Source: an uncultured Desulfobacterales bacterium (lineage in GTDB: Bacteria; Desulfobacterota; Desulfobaccia; Desulfobaccales; 0-14-0-80-60-11). Taken from it: a stretch of DNA of 64,000 nucleotides. The position numbers and the translations under genes are program-made. Location: assembly GCA_964480485.1 (NCBI GenBank), contig CAYZOP010000005.1:124793-188792 (forward strand), read 5' to 3'. Each line of letters opens with the position of its first letter. The stretch's first letter is position 1. Under the pieces are notes generated by a model that ran no database searches, was not told where the DNA came from, and saw only the letters and a list, made by a program, of their open reading frames with translations. Positions 1 through 10,052 of this stretch are shown piece by piece.

Positions 1-317
1 CGGGCGAAAGGCGGCAGAGTGGCGGTGACCACCACGGAGGCGATGTTTTTCACCTTAAGCTTGTCCTTAACGACCTGGACCCCCAAATGGCTCAGGAAAT
101 TGGCCAGCTCCTGAGTGTTGAAATCCACGTTGGTGCCGTCGCCGGTGCCGTTGAGCCCCACCACCAGGCCGTTGCCCACCAGCTGGTTGGGACGCACTCC
201 TTTGAACGAGGCGATATCCTTCAGGCGAATGGCCCAGGCCGGCGGCGCCCCAGGAGAGGGCGCCAGCAGGGCAGCCAGGACCATGAGCAGGGTGAGGACA
301 CGGCCTCTCAGGTTCAT
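1..317 (-). CDS. flgI: Flagellar P-ring protein FlgI (5' part; runs off window start)
   Basis: Own translation of minus strand: MNLRGRVLTLLMVLAALLAPSPGAPPAWAIRLKDIASFKGVRPNQLVGNGLVVGLNGTGDGTNVDFNTQELANFL, the classic FlgI N-terminus (RxKDI...NQLxGxGLVVGLxGTGD). Follows flgH. An in-frame ATG at 332 is an alternative start. Not in the ORF track. Confidence 0.93.
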   Translation of the reverse strand, partial: MNLRGRVLTLLMVLAALLAPSPGAPPAWAIRLKDIASFKGVRPNQLVGNGLVVGLNGTGDGTNVDFNTQELANFLSHLGVQVVKDKLKVKNIASVVVTATLPPFA

Positions 318-359
318 GTTCGCTTCTCCCATGGCCTGGGGAATCTCGCCATCCCTGGC

Positions 360-1064
360 CTAAATGGGCCAGAGGTGGTCCAGAATCCGGGTCAGCCAGC
401 CTTGCCGCTGTTTGTCGGAGATCACTCCCACCCCGGAGATCTCCAACCGGGCGTCGGCCACCCTGGTGGATGGCACGGTGTTGTTGCGGTCAATATCCGT
501 GGGGCGGACGATGCCGGTGATGGTGACCACCTCGGTTTCGTTGTTGATGCGAAGATGGCGGCGCCCCTGCACCACCAGGTGCTGGTTGGGCAGGACCTGG
601 ATGACCCGGGCGGTGAGGAAGGTGGTGAAGGTGCTTTGCCGTTCGGTCTTGCCCTCACCCTTGGCGGTGTTGCCCACCGTGCCTTCCAGGGCGGTGTCCA
701 CGTTGATCTCTTTATTGCTGAAGGCATTCATGGGAAAGCTCAAGCCGAAGAGGGAGCCCACGGTGGTTTTCACCCCGGAGGTTTTGCTGGTGTCGGTTTT
801 GGCCATCTCGCTGGCCTTGGCTGCTTCGGTGATGCTGATGGTGACCAAGTCCCCCACATTGAGCGCTCGGTGGTCGGCCATCAGGCCGTTGGGCTGGCGG
901 TCCCGCCACAGGGAGCCCTCCGCCGCCGGCGGCAAGGGAGGGAGCGGCGGGGCCAACGCAGGCGCCTCGGGAGGGGCCGAAGTCCGGGAGGCGGTGCCGC
1001 AGCCCTGGAGGGCCGGCACCAGCAGCCATATGAGGGCCAAAAGGAGCAGGAACGTGCGGTTCAC
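360..1064 (-). CDS. flgH: Flagellar L-ring lipoprotein FlgH
   Basis: Lipobox LQGC; D.RA..VGD.VTI.I.E; V..VLPN..L.V.G; GIVRP.DI...N.V.S..VADARLE..G.G; GWL.R motif; position between flgA and flgI. Confidence 0.95.
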   Translation of the reverse strand: MNRTFLLLLALIWLLVPALQGCGTASRTSAPPEAPALAPPLPPLPPAAEGSLWRDRQPNGLMADHRALNVGDLVTISITEAAKASEMAKTDTSKTSGVKTTVGSLFGLSFPMNAFSNKEINVDTALEGTVGNTAKGEGKTERQSTFTTFLTARVIQVLPNQHLVVQGRRHLRINNETEVVTITGIVRPTDIDRNNTVPSTRVADARLEISGVGVISDKQRQGWLTRILDHLWPI

Positions 1065-2035
1065 AGCGTCACCTTTACGGTCTTGTCGTTGATGACCTGG
1101 GCCTGGAACTCCTTTTTACTCTTGGGATTGAGCATGCGAATGGCCTTGCCCGGAAATCCCGGCTCTTTGGCCACCCCTTTGGTGCTGATGGCCAGGCCGT
1201 TTTCCTCCAGTAGGACCGTCACTTCGTCCCCCCGCTGGATGAGGGGCTGTTGGCTAAGGTGCCGGCTGGTGAGGATCTCCTGGGGCCCCAGGGTCTTGGC
1301 CAGGGTGCGGCCCACCACCTGGTCCAGGGCGGTGAAGAAATCATTGGCGTTGAGAGTGGTGACGTCCCGGCGGCAGAGGGCCACATCGGCGGCGGTGATG
1401 AGCTGTTGGGGCTTGAGGGGATGGACGGCGCACACCACCTCCCGCTCCAGGCGCACCCGCCCGGCGGCTTTGAAGCGTTTCTGGGGCTGGCCGCTTTTGG
1501 TGACCACCATCTCCAGGGAAACGTCTCCCAAGAGCCGGCCGCCCTTGGGAGGCAAGGCCTCCAGGCGCACCCCGGCGTCCGGCAGCAGCACCGGCTCTTC
1601 CAGGGGAAAGACCTCGATGCGCAGATTCTTCTCCGGCCACTGGCTGTGCTCCCGGATGTAGCGCTGAAAGGCCTTGGCCACCTCCTCCGGCGCCAGGGCC
1701 ACCCCCTCCTGCTTCACCGGGATGGCGGCCGGCAGCGTGGGCCCGGCCAGCTCCTCCAAACCCAACTGGACCAGGCGGAAGCGAAGGAAGTCGCCGGTGA
1801 GGGTATAAATCTGGCCGGGGGGCGGCGCGCCCCAGATGGGGATGGGGCCCAGGCTGGCCGCCGCCTCCGGCGGCAGTTCGGCCAAATCGGCCAGGGTGAT
1901 GGTGTCCCCCGCCACCCGAGCCTCGGCCCGAAACCTGATCTCCTGAACGGTGGCGCCGGCGCGGGGCGCGGCAGTCAGCAGGATGGCCGCCGCCAGGAAA
2001 GCCGCTAAAAGAGCGCGGTGAACTCCTTGGTTCAT
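1061..2035 (-). CDS. flgA: Flagellar P-ring formation chaperone FlgA (long deltaproteobacterial form)
   Basis: Signal peptide; C-terminal SAF/FlgA region (VVGRTLAKTLGPQEIL...IQRGDEVTV...ISTKGVAKEPG..GKAIRMLNPKSKK); synteny flgG-flgA-flgH. Confidence 0.9.
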   Translation of the reverse strand: MNQGVHRALLAAFLAAAILLTAAPRAGATVQEIRFRAEARVAGDTITLADLAELPPEAAASLGPIPIWGAPPPGQIYTLTGDFLRFRLVQLGLEELAGPTLPAAIPVKQEGVALAPEEVAKAFQRYIREHSQWPEKNLRIEVFPLEEPVLLPDAGVRLEALPPKGGRLLGDVSLEMVVTKSGQPQKRFKAAGRVRLEREVVCAVHPLKPQQLITAADVALCRRDVTTLNANDFFTALDQVVGRTLAKTLGPQEILTSRHLSQQPLIQRGDEVTVLLEENGLAISTKGVAKEPGFPGKAIRMLNPKSKKEFQAQVINDKTVKVTL

Positions 2036-2047
2036 GGCTCAAACTCC

Positions 2048-2830
2048 TCAGGTTTTCAGGTGGTAGGCCCGCTCCATCATGGCGTCCGCCGTCTGGATGG
2101 CCTTGGAATTCAGCTCGTAGGCCCGTTGGGCGATGATCATGTTCACCATTTCCTCCACCACGTTGACATTGGAGACCTCCAAATAGCCCTGGGCCAGGGT
2201 GCCCACCCCGTCCACCCCGGGCCGGCCCTCGGCCGGTTCCCCCGAGGCCTCGGTGGCCTGGAAGAGATTGCGGCCGATACTCAGCAGGCCCGCCTGATTG
2301 GGAAAGGTATAAAGGCTGATTTGGCCGGAGGCCAGGGTCTTGCCGTCCGGCCCGAAACAGGTGATCTTGCCGGCTGAATCGATGCTGGTGTAAACGGTTT
2401 CCGGCGGGACGGTGAACTCGGGTTGCAGCCGGTCCCCTGCCGGGGTGGTGAGGAAGCCGTCCTTGTCCATTTTGAAGTTTCCGGCGCGGGTGTAATACTC
2501 CACGCCGTTGCTCAAAATCTTGAAAAACCCCTTGCCCTCCACCGCCAGATCCAGATCGTTTTCCGTATGGACATAATCGCCCTGGGAAAAGACCTTGGAG
2601 ATGCCCACCGGCCGCACCCCCAGGCCCACCTGGAGACCGGTGGGGACCTGACCGCCGGAGGGCCGCTCCCCTCCGGCCTGGCGGATGGTCTGATATACCA
2701 GGTCCTCGAAATCCCCCCGGCTCTTTTTGAAGCCGGTGGTGTTGACGTTGGCCAGGTTGTTGGCGATGACGTCCAGGCGCAACTGCTGCGCCCCCATGCC
2801 GGTGGCCGCCGAGAACATGCCGCGAAACAT
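2048..2830 (-). CDS. flgG: Flagellar distal rod protein FlgG
   Basis: 260 aa; AATGM.AQQ..LDVIANNLANVNTTGFKKSR..FEDL.YQ; GYLE.SNVNVVEEMV.MI.AQRAYE.NSKAI. Confidence 0.97.
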   Translation of the reverse strand: MFRGMFSAATGMGAQQLRLDVIANNLANVNTTGFKKSRGDFEDLVYQTIRQAGGERPSGGQVPTGLQVGLGVRPVGISKVFSQGDYVHTENDLDLAVEGKGFFKILSNGVEYYTRAGNFKMDKDGFLTTPAGDRLQPEFTVPPETVYTSIDSAGKITCFGPDGKTLASGQISLYTFPNQAGLLSIGRNLFQATEASGEPAEGRPGVDGVGTLAQGYLEVSNVNVVEEMVNMIIAQRAYELNSKAIQTADAMMERAYHLKT

Positions 2831-2967
2831 GACGGTTGACTCCTTATCAGCTGTCAGCGGTCAGCGGCGGCTGACAGCAGGCAGTTCTTCCATTCGGGTT
2901 GCGGGTTACCCGTTTTCCGGTGTGCCGCCAGGGACTGGCCGGTCCTGGCTCAGAGCGGACAGCCTCC

Positions 2968-3681
2968 TCACCCCTGCCCCACTTCCTCCACCACCTTGCG
3001 GTCGTTGGCCGTGAAGGTCTCCAGCACCTTGAGGTAGGCCTCGAACCCCCGCTGGATGGTGATGAGCTTGACCGATTCTGACACCGGGTCGATGTTGCTG
3101 GCCTCCAGCATCCCCTGGAGCACCCGGGCCCCCCGGGCCTCCCGCTCCTCGCCGGCCTCCGGGCCCAAAGCGAAGTAGGTCTGACCCTGGGGGCGCAGAT
3201 CCTGGGGATGGTCGAAGTCCACCACCAAAATCTGGTCAGCCAGGGAGTTGTCCAGATGCACGCCGCCTTCCTCGTCGATGGCGAACTGCTGGTCCAGGGC
3301 GTTCAGGGTGACGGGGCCGCCTTTGCCCAGGACCAGGTAGCCCTCTTTGGTAACCAGTTGCCGGTCGGCGTTCAGGCCGAAGGCGCCGTTGCGGGTGTAA
3401 CGCACCCCCTGGGGGGTCTCCACCTTGAAGAACCCGGGGCCGTCGATGGCCAGGTCGGTGTCCCCCCCGGTGACCTGCATCGCCCCCTGGCCCAGGTCCC
3501 GGCAGATTACATCCACATAGGCAGCCGCCTGGTGCGGAGCTTCCGGCGGGAGGCGCCAGAGGTTTACAAGCTCCCTTTTGAAGCCGGCAGTGGCGGCGTT
3601 GGCCAGGTTGTGGCTCACCACCGTCAGGAGGCGTTCCGCTCGGGCGCCCATGTAGGCCGCCATGTCATAGCCGCTGCTCAT
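2968..3681 (-). CDS. flgF: Flagellar proximal rod protein FlgF
   Basis: SHNLANAATAGFKRE; DLAIDGPGFFKVETPQGVRYTRNGAF; QGMLEASN; lies directly upstream of flgG. Start set at MSSGYD (3681), downstream of the sigma54 promoter. Confidence 0.88.
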   Translation of the reverse strand: MSSGYDMAAYMGARAERLLTVVSHNLANAATAGFKRELVNLWRLPPEAPHQAAAYVDVICRDLGQGAMQVTGGDTDLAIDGPGFFKVETPQGVRYTRNGAFGLNADRQLVTKEGYLVLGKGGPVTLNALDQQFAIDEEGGVHLDNSLADQILVVDFDHPQDLRPQGQTYFALGPEAGEEREARGARVLQGMLEASNIDPVSESVKLITIQRGFEAYLKVLETFTANDRKVVEEVGQG

Positions 3682-3719
3682 GTGAGTCCTTTCCGAAACC
3701 ATCCTTGGGCTTCTGAGAT

Positions 3720-3736
3720 AGCAATGGCAGTGCCAA
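3720..3736 (-). promoter_or_regulatory. Sigma54 (-24/-12) promoter of the flg operon
   Basis: Minus strand TTGGCACTGCCATTGCT matches TGGCAC-N5-TTGCW with exact GG-N10-GC spacing, about 40 nt upstream of the flgF ATG. Confidence 0.85.
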
Positions 3737-3941
3737 TCCATAACTAATTGATATTCAAGGCTAATAAATGGCTTGCGGGGACGTTTGGTCCACATCGGCG
3801 GCAATTCTTGCCCACCGGGCGGGTGGGCCGGGGGCCCCCGGCTTGGAAAAAATCCGGGTATTGGCGATAATGGCTAGGGCGGGAGGAAATGCCGGACCGG
3901 CCTCCGCCTTCCGGGAGCCGTCCCTCCCGGGTGGGTGAGGA

Positions 3942-6900
3942 ATGCCAGAGACGGGGGGTGGTCCCGGACGTTCTCCTTCCTTCGCCCAACATCTTTACTG
4001 CGTTTCATTTCCCTTGGACGAATTCTTCCCTGCGGGAGCCCGCTGGCAGGAGGTCGCCCCAGCCCTGACCCTGGGTGGGGGCGAGGTGCGTCTGAGCGGC
4101 CTGACCGCCTCGGCCGGGGCCTATATTCTCAGTCGGCTGTTCGCGGCCTGGCGGCGGCCCCTGCTGGTCATCACCCCGGATGCCGCCGGGCAGGAAACCT
4201 TGCTCAAAGACCTGGGCTTTTTTCTGCAAGAGCCCAGCGGGGATTCGGCGGCGGGGTGGCCTCGGCTGGCGGGGTTTTCGGCTCACGAGCTGCTGCCTTT
4301 TGAGGAACTGACCTTCGACGCGCCGGTGTGTGCCGCCCGGGTGGGGGCCGCCTGGCTGGCCCTCACCGCCCGGGAACCGGTGCTTCTGGTGGCCCCGGCC
4401 CTGGCCCTGAAAGAGCGCCTCCTGCCCCCGGAGGCCTTGCGGCAGGCCTATCAGTATGTGGTGGTGGGTGATCAGCTGAACCGGGGGCAGTTCCTCCGGC
4501 AGCTCCAGGAGGGCGGCTACGAACGCCGGCCGGTGGTGGAGGACCGGGGGGAATTCAGCGTCCGGGGCGGCATCATTGACCTCTTTCCGCCGCTCTACGA
4601 GCATCCGGTGCGCCTGGAGTTTTTCGGCGACGACCTGGAATCCATCCGCTTTTTTGACCCGGCCACCCAGCGGTCCCAGGGCGCTTACCTGGAGGAGCTG
4701 GTGGTGCTGCCCGTGGGCGAAGTGGTGCTCACCCCTAAGGTGCGGGAACGGGCCCTGGCGGGGACCAGCCGGCGCCGGGACCCGCGGTTCTGGCAGCACG
4801 TGCAGGAAGGTCAGCACTTTCCTGGCATCGAGCGCCACCTGGCGGAGTTTTATCCTGAACCACGGACCCTCTGGGACTACCTGCCGGCGGAGACCGTGGT
4901 GGTGCTCTGGGACCCGGTGAACCTGGCCCGGGAGGAGGCCAACCTCCTGGCCTGCGCCGATCCCGGGCTCTCCGGCTGGCTGGACCTGACGCCGGCGGCC
5001 TCCCGGGCCTCGCGATATCCTGTGGTCCGGGTGGAGTTTCTCCCCTTCCAGGAACCCGGGGGACAGGCGGCCTTCGCTTTTCGCACCGGCCGCCTGGACG
5101 GCCTGGCGCCGGAGCTGGCAAGGCAGGGGGGGGACGACGGTCGGCTGCTGCCGGCCCTGGCCCGGCGCCTGGACGACTGGCGGCGCCAGGGGGCCCATAT
5201 CCTCCTGGTGGCTATCAACCGCCACCGGGCCCAGCGCCTGGCCCAGCTCCTGGCCCAGGAGGGCCTCAGCGCAGAGCTGGTCCCCCGACTTGGATTTCAC
5301 CCCGGCGGCCAGGTGCAGATCGCCGTGGGGGAGATTTCCGCCGGTTTTCGCCTGGACGCCGAGGGGCTGGTGGTGCTCACTGAGGACGAGGCCCTGGGGT
5401 TCAAGCCGGAGCGGCGCCGGCGCAAAGAGGCCGCCCCCCTGGAACACTTGACCAGCCTGGCGGACCTGAAGGAAGGGGACCACATCGTCCACCTGGATCA
5501 CGGCATCGGGATTTACCGGGGTCTGGTGAAGCTCACGGTGGGGGCCGAGGTCAACGACTTCCTGGAACTGGAATACCAGAGCGGAGACCGCCTCTTTCTC
5601 CCGGTGGACCGCCTCAACCTGGTGCAGAAATACCTGGGGGTGGAGGGGGTGCCCCCCAAGGTGGACCGGCTGGGTGGCAAGTCCTGGGACAAAGCCAAGA
5701 AGCGGGTGAGAAAGGCGGTGGAAAAGATCGCCCGGGAACTGGTGGACCTCTACGCCGCCCGCCGGGTCCTGCCGGGTCACGGCTTTTCCCCCCCGGACCC
5801 GGTCTTCCGGGAGTTCGAGGCCTCCTTTCCCTTTGAAGAGACGCCGGACCAACTTAAGGCCATCGCCGAGGTCCTGATGGACATGCAGGGGGAAAAACCC
5901 ATGGACCGGCTCATCTGCGGCGACGTGGGCTACGGCAAGACCGAGGTGGCGGTCAGGGCGGCCTTCAAGGCGGCCATGGACGGCAAGCAGGTGGCCATGC
6001 TGGTGCCCACCACGGTGTTGGCGGAACAGCACTTCGACACCTTTGCCCGGCGGCTGGCCCCGTTTCCCCTGGAGGTGCGGGTCCTGTCCCGCTTCAAATC
6101 CCCGGCCGAACAACGGCGCATCCTGTCGGACCTGGCCAGAGGCGCGGTGGACATCATCATCGGCACCCACCGCCTGCTCTCCAGGGATGTCCACTTCAAG
6201 GACTTGGGGCTGCTCATCGTCGACGAGGAGCAGCGGTTCGGGGTGAAGCAGAAGGAGCGTTTGAAAGAGCTCAGAAAAACGGTGGACGTGCTCACCCTCA
6301 CCGCCACGCCCATACCTCGGACCCTGCAGTTGTCCCTCACGGGCCTGAGGGAGCTCAGCCTCATCAATACGCCGCCGGAAAACCGCCGGGCCATCCGCAC
6401 GTATCTCTGCCGGCCGGAGCGGGCGGTGATCCAGGCCGCCATCCGCCGGGAGCTGGCTCGCCGGGGCCAGGTCTTTTTCGTGCACAACCGGGTCCAGACC
6501 CTGGGCCGCTGGGTGCGCTTCGTGCAGGAGCTGGTGCCCGAGGCCCGGGTGGCCATGGCTCATGGGCAGATGCCGGAGCGCCAGTTGGAGCAGGTGATGG
6601 TCAAGTTCTGGCGGGGAGAAGTGGATGTGCTGGTATGCACCGCCATCATCGAGGCTGGGCTGGACGTGCCGGCGGCCAACACCATTATCGTCAACCGGGC
6701 CCACACCCTGGGGTTGGCCCAGCTTTATCAACTGCGGGGCCGGGTGGGCCGCAGCGAAGCCCAGGCCTATGCCTACCTGTTGGTCCCGGATGAGGCGGGG
6801 CTCTCCCCCGAGGCCCAGAAGCGGCTCAAGGCCCTCATGGAATTCACCGAGTTGGGGAGCGGCTACAAAATCGCCCTGCACGACCTGCAGATTCGGGGCG

Positions 6901-7478
6901 GCGGCAACATCCTGGGCCAGGCCCAGTCGGGCCACCTGGCCGAGGTGGGCTACGAGCTCTACCTGCAGCTCCTGGAGCAGGCCATTCGGGAATTCAAGGG
7001 CGAGGCCCCGGAAGACCTCACCCCCGACCCTGAACTCAGGGTGCCGGTGTCCGCCTATCTCCCGGAGGATTACGTGCCGGACGAACAACAGCGCCTGGCC
7101 CTCTATCGGCGCCTCTCCGGCCGCCTCACCCCCGAATTGGTGGACGAACTGGAGGGCGAGCTTTTGGACCGCTTCGGGCCTCTGCCCCCCGAAGGCCGGG
7201 ACCTCCTGGAGGCGGTGCGCCTCAAGTGCACCCTGCGACGCCTGGGCATCAAACGCCTGGAGATGCAAAACGGCGTCGCCGTCATTCAGTTTGCCGCGCC
7301 CGAACGCCTGAAACTGGAAGTGCTGCTGGAATTCCTGCGCCGGCGGCCCGGGCAGGCCCGGTTGACTCCGGACCAGAGTCTCCGACTTAACCTCAGCGGG
7401 GACGGTCCCCCGTGGCCCCGGCTGCGAAACTGCTTGAAAGAAGTGGAAATATTTGTTAAGGGGGAGGGAGAGGGATAG
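3942..7478 (+). CDS. mfd: Transcription-repair coupling factor Mfd
   Basis: UvrB-like N-terminus (GEFSVRGGIIDLFPP), CarD/RID region (GDHIVHLDHGIGIYRG), SF2 helicase motifs GDVGYGKTEVA, DEEQRFGV, TATPIPRT, QLRGRVGRS, and TRCF C-terminus. True start may be somewhat downstream of 3942. Confidence 0.98.
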   Translation: MPETGGGPGRSPSFAQHLYCVSFPLDEFFPAGARWQEVAPALTLGGGEVRLSGLTASAGAYILSRLFAAWRRPLLVITPDAAGQETLLKDLGFFLQEPSGDSAAGWPRLAGFSAHELLPFEELTFDAPVCAARVGAAWLALTAREPVLLVAPALALKERLLPPEALRQAYQYVVVGDQLNRGQFLRQLQEGGYERRPVVEDRGEFSVRGGIIDLFPPLYEHPVRLEFFGDDLESIRFFDPATQRSQGAYLEELVVLPVGEVVLTPKVRERALAGTSRRRDPRFWQHVQEGQHFPGIERHLAEFYPEPRTLWDYLPAETVVVLWDPVNLAREEANLLACADPGLSGWLDLTPAASRASRYPVVRVEFLPFQEPGGQAAFAFRTGRLDGLAPELARQGGDDGRLLPALARRLDDWRRQGAHILLVAINRHRAQRLAQLLAQEGLSAELVPRLGFHPGGQVQIAVGEISAGFRLDAEGLVVLTEDEALGFKPERRRRKEAAPLEHLTSLADLKEGDHIVHLDHGIGIYRGLVKLTVGAEVNDFLELEYQSGDRLFLPVDRLNLVQKYLGVEGVPPKVDRLGGKSWDKAKKRVRKAVEKIARELVDLYAARRVLPGHGFSPPDPVFREFEASFPFEETPDQLKAIAEVLMDMQGEKPMDRLICGDVGYGKTEVAVRAAFKAAMDGKQVAMLVPTTVLAEQHFDTFARRLAPFPLEVRVLSRFKSPAEQRRILSDLARGAVDIIIGTHRLLSRDVHFKDLGLLIVDEEQRFGVKQKERLKELRKTVDVLTLTATPIPRTLQLSLTGLRELSLINTPPENRRAIRTYLCRPERAVIQAAIRRELARRGQVFFVHNRVQTLGRWVRFVQELVPEARVAMAHGQMPERQLEQVMVKFWRGEVDVLVCTAIIEAGLDVPAANTIIVNRAHTLGLAQLYQLRGRVGRSEAQAYAYLLVPDEAGLSPEAQKRLKALMEFTELGSGYKIALHDLQIRGGGNILGQAQSGHLAEVGYELYLQLLEQAIREFKGEAPEDLTPDPELRVPVSAYLPEDYVPDEQQRLALYRRLSGRLTPELVDELEGELLDRFGPLPPEGRDLLEAVRLKCTLRRLGIKRLEMQNGVAVIQFAAPERLKLEVLLEFLRRRPGQARLTPDQSLRLNLSGDGPPWPRLRNCLKEVEIFVKGEGEG

Positions 7479-7481
7479 CAC

Positions 7482-8441
7482 ATGAACCGATTTCTTGGCT
7501 CCATGGTCTGGGGGGCGGGCCTGATCCTGGGGTTGGCGCTTCAGTGGGGCAATCCGGCGGCGGCCGAGGTGGTGGACCGCATTGTGGCGGTAGTCAATGA
7601 CGAGGTGATCAGCCTGTCGGAGCTGGAATTGATGGCTAAAAATATCCAGGCCCGACCCGGCCAGGAAAGCAAAGTCAAAGACCAGGCATTCCAGCGCCAG
7701 ATGCTGGAGGCCCTCATCGATCAGAAACTGGCCAATGCCGAGGCCAAGCGCCGGGGCATCAGCGTCAGCGACAAGGAACTGGAGCAGGCCCTGGCGGATT
7801 TCAAGCGGCAGAACCGCATCCCGGACGATGCTGCCTTGCAGGCGGCCTTGGGCCAGGCCAACATGACCTTAAACGAATTGAAGCAAAAGCTCCGGGACCA
7901 GATGGTCCAGCAACGCCTGATGGCGGTGGTGTTGGGCGGCAAAGTGCCCGCGGTCTCCGACAGCGAGGTGCGGCGCATTTATGAGACTGAGTTTCCCAAG
8001 GAAAAGGCTGGCGTCCGCCTCCATCTGAAAATGCTGAACCTGCCTTATCCGCCTCAGGCCACGGCCTCCCAAAAGGACGAAATCACCAAAAAGGCGGAGG
8101 TCATCCTTAAGGAGCACAAACAGGGCGCTTCCCTGGAAGACATCAGCCAGCGCTACTCCCTGGCCCTCAGGGACCTGGGTTTTATCGCCGAGGCCGACTT
8201 GGACCCGAAGCTGGCCGCCTTTTTGAGCAAATTGAAACCCGGCGAGGTGGCCCCCATCCAGAGCCCCCAGGGGTTCCAGCTGGTGGGGCTGGCGGCGCGC
8301 AAAACCGCCAGTGAAACGCGCAGCTTCGACGAGGTCGGCCCCCAGATCCGGCAGATGCTCATGCAGCGGGAGCTGGGCAAGCGTTTCGGAGAGTGGGTCA
8401 AAACGCTCCGGGACAAGGCCCACATTAAAATTCTGCTGTAG
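7482..8441 (+). CDS. surA: SurA-like periplasmic chaperone / PpiC-type peptidyl-prolyl isomerase
   Basis: Signal peptide; VVDRIVAVVNDEVI.LSEL; parvulin-like DLGF...DL..KL...L..LKPGEV.PI.SPQGFQLV; C-terminal W...LR.KA.IK. Confidence 0.8.
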   Translation: MNRFLGSMVWGAGLILGLALQWGNPAAAEVVDRIVAVVNDEVISLSELELMAKNIQARPGQESKVKDQAFQRQMLEALIDQKLANAEAKRRGISVSDKELEQALADFKRQNRIPDDAALQAALGQANMTLNELKQKLRDQMVQQRLMAVVLGGKVPAVSDSEVRRIYETEFPKEKAGVRLHLKMLNLPYPPQATASQKDEITKKAEVILKEHKQGASLEDISQRYSLALRDLGFIAEADLDPKLAAFLSKLKPGEVAPIQSPQGFQLVGLAARKTASETRSFDEVGPQIRQMLMQRELGKRFGEWVKTLRDKAHIKILL

Positions 8442-8593
8442 GGCGGCAGACGGTGGAGGCGGCCCCTGGAGGTCGGCACCGGGGGTAGGCGGGTTCCCCC
8501 AGCCCACCGGCCCGGGCGGTTGGCCCGGCAGCCCATGGTCAGCCAGCGGAGACCGCCGGGTCGGCTGGCCGCCCATTTTCAGAGGCGGTCACC

Positions 8594-9904
8594 ATGACAC
8601 CAGAGATACCCCAGGTAACAGTCATCAGCGATTTGCCCCACCACGCGGGGCGTTCCGTCACCCTCCAGGGGTGGGTCTATCACCTGCGCTCCAGCGGCAA
8701 GGTGCGCTTCGTGGTGGTCCGGGACGGCACCGGCCTGGCCCAGGGGGTCTTGGTGAAAGGCCATCTGCCCGAGGCGGATTTCCAGGCATTTGAGGAACTG
8801 ACCCTGGAGTCCTCCCTGAGGCTGACCGGCAGGGTGAAGGCCGAGCCCCGGGCTCCCGGGGGCTTCGAGCTGGAGGTCACCGGCCTCAGCCCGATACACC
8901 TCGCCGAGCCCTACCCCATCCAGCCCAAGGAACACGGGGTGGGTTTCCTCCTGGACCATCGTCACCTGTGGCTCAGGTCCCCCCGGCAGCAGGCCATCCT
9001 GCGCATCCGGGACGAGGTGGCCCGGGCCTGCCGGGATTTTTTCCACGCACGCGGATTCGTGTTGGTGGACACCCCCATCCTCACCCCCACCGCCTGCGAA
9101 GGCACCACCACCCTGTTTGCCACCGAGTACCTGGACCGGGGCAAGGCCTACCTTTCCCAGAGCGGCCAGCTTTATCTTGAAGCTGCGGCCATGGCCCTGG
9201 GGAAGGTTTATTGCTTCGGGCCCACCTTCCGGGCCGAGAAGTCCAAGACCAGGCGGCACCTCATGGAGTTCTGGATGGTGGAGGCCGAGGCCGCCTTCTT
9301 CACCCTGGAGGACGTGCTCCACCTGGCCGAAGAGCTGGTGCGGGCCGTGGTGCTTCGGGTGCTCAGCGAGCGCCGGCGGGAGCTGGCGGTGCTGGAGCGG
9401 GACGCGACCCCCTTGGAGGCTGTCTTTAAGCCCTTCCCCCGCCTCACTTACCAGGAGGTGCTGGCCCGGCTGGCGGATGCAGGCCGGGAGTTGCCCTTCG
9501 GCGAGGATTTGGGAGGCGATGAGGAGACCTTGGTCTCGCAGATGTTCGACCGCCCGGTGATCATCACCCACTACCCCTTGAGCTGCAAGGCCTTTTACAT
9601 GGAGGCCGACCCGGCTGACCCCCGGCTGGCCCTGTGTGTGGACCTGCTGGCCCCCGAAGGCTACGGCGAGATCATCGGGGGCTCCCAGCGGGTGGCGGAC
9701 CTGGCCACCCTGGAACAGCGCCTGGACGATCATGGCCTGCCCCGGGAACCCTTCGCCTGGTACCTGGATTTGAGGCGGTTCGGCAGCGTCCCCCACGCCG
9801 GGTTCGGCATGGGCCTGGAACGGGTGGTGGCCTGGGTCTGCGGCCTGAAACACGTCCGGGAAGCCATCCCCTTCCCCCGCCTCTTGGACCGCCTGTATCC
9901 CTGA
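8594..9904 (+). CDS. asnS: Asparagine--tRNA ligase
   Basis: OB-fold [22 protein letters not shown]; HRHLWLRS; [11 protein letters not shown]; [22 protein letters not shown]; EIIGGSQR; [11 protein letters not shown]. Confidence 0.96.
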   Translation: MTPEIPQVTVISDLPHHAGRSVTLQGWVYHLRSSGKVRFVVVRDGTGLAQGVLVKGHLPEADFQAFEELTLESSLRLTGRVKAEPRAPGGFELEVTGLSPIHLAEPYPIQPKEHGVGFLLDHRHLWLRSPRQQAILRIRDEVARACRDFFHARGFVLVDTPILTPTACEGTTTLFATEYLDRGKAYLSQSGQLYLEAAAMALGKVYCFGPTFRAEKSKTRRHLMEFWMVEAEAAFFTLEDVLHLAEELVRAVVLRVLSERRRELAVLERDATPLEAVFKPFPRLTYQEVLARLADAGRELPFGEDLGGDEETLVSQMFDRPVIITHYPLSCKAFYMEADPADPRLALCVDLLAPEGYGEIIGGSQRVADLATLEQRLDDHGLPREPFAWYLDLRRFGSVPHAGFGMGLERVVAWVCGLKHVREAIPFPRLLDRLYP

Positions 9905-10052
9905 GGGGAGTGTGGGAACCAGATTGGGGAGCAGGGGCCAGGGGCCGACGGCCCCAGCCTACTCCCCCACCCCCTTATGGGGAGGTGGGAAGGGAGCTTG
10001 AGGGGGAGGGCGGGGGGTCGGCGTTTTCCCGCCCCTTCCCTGCAAAACCTTC

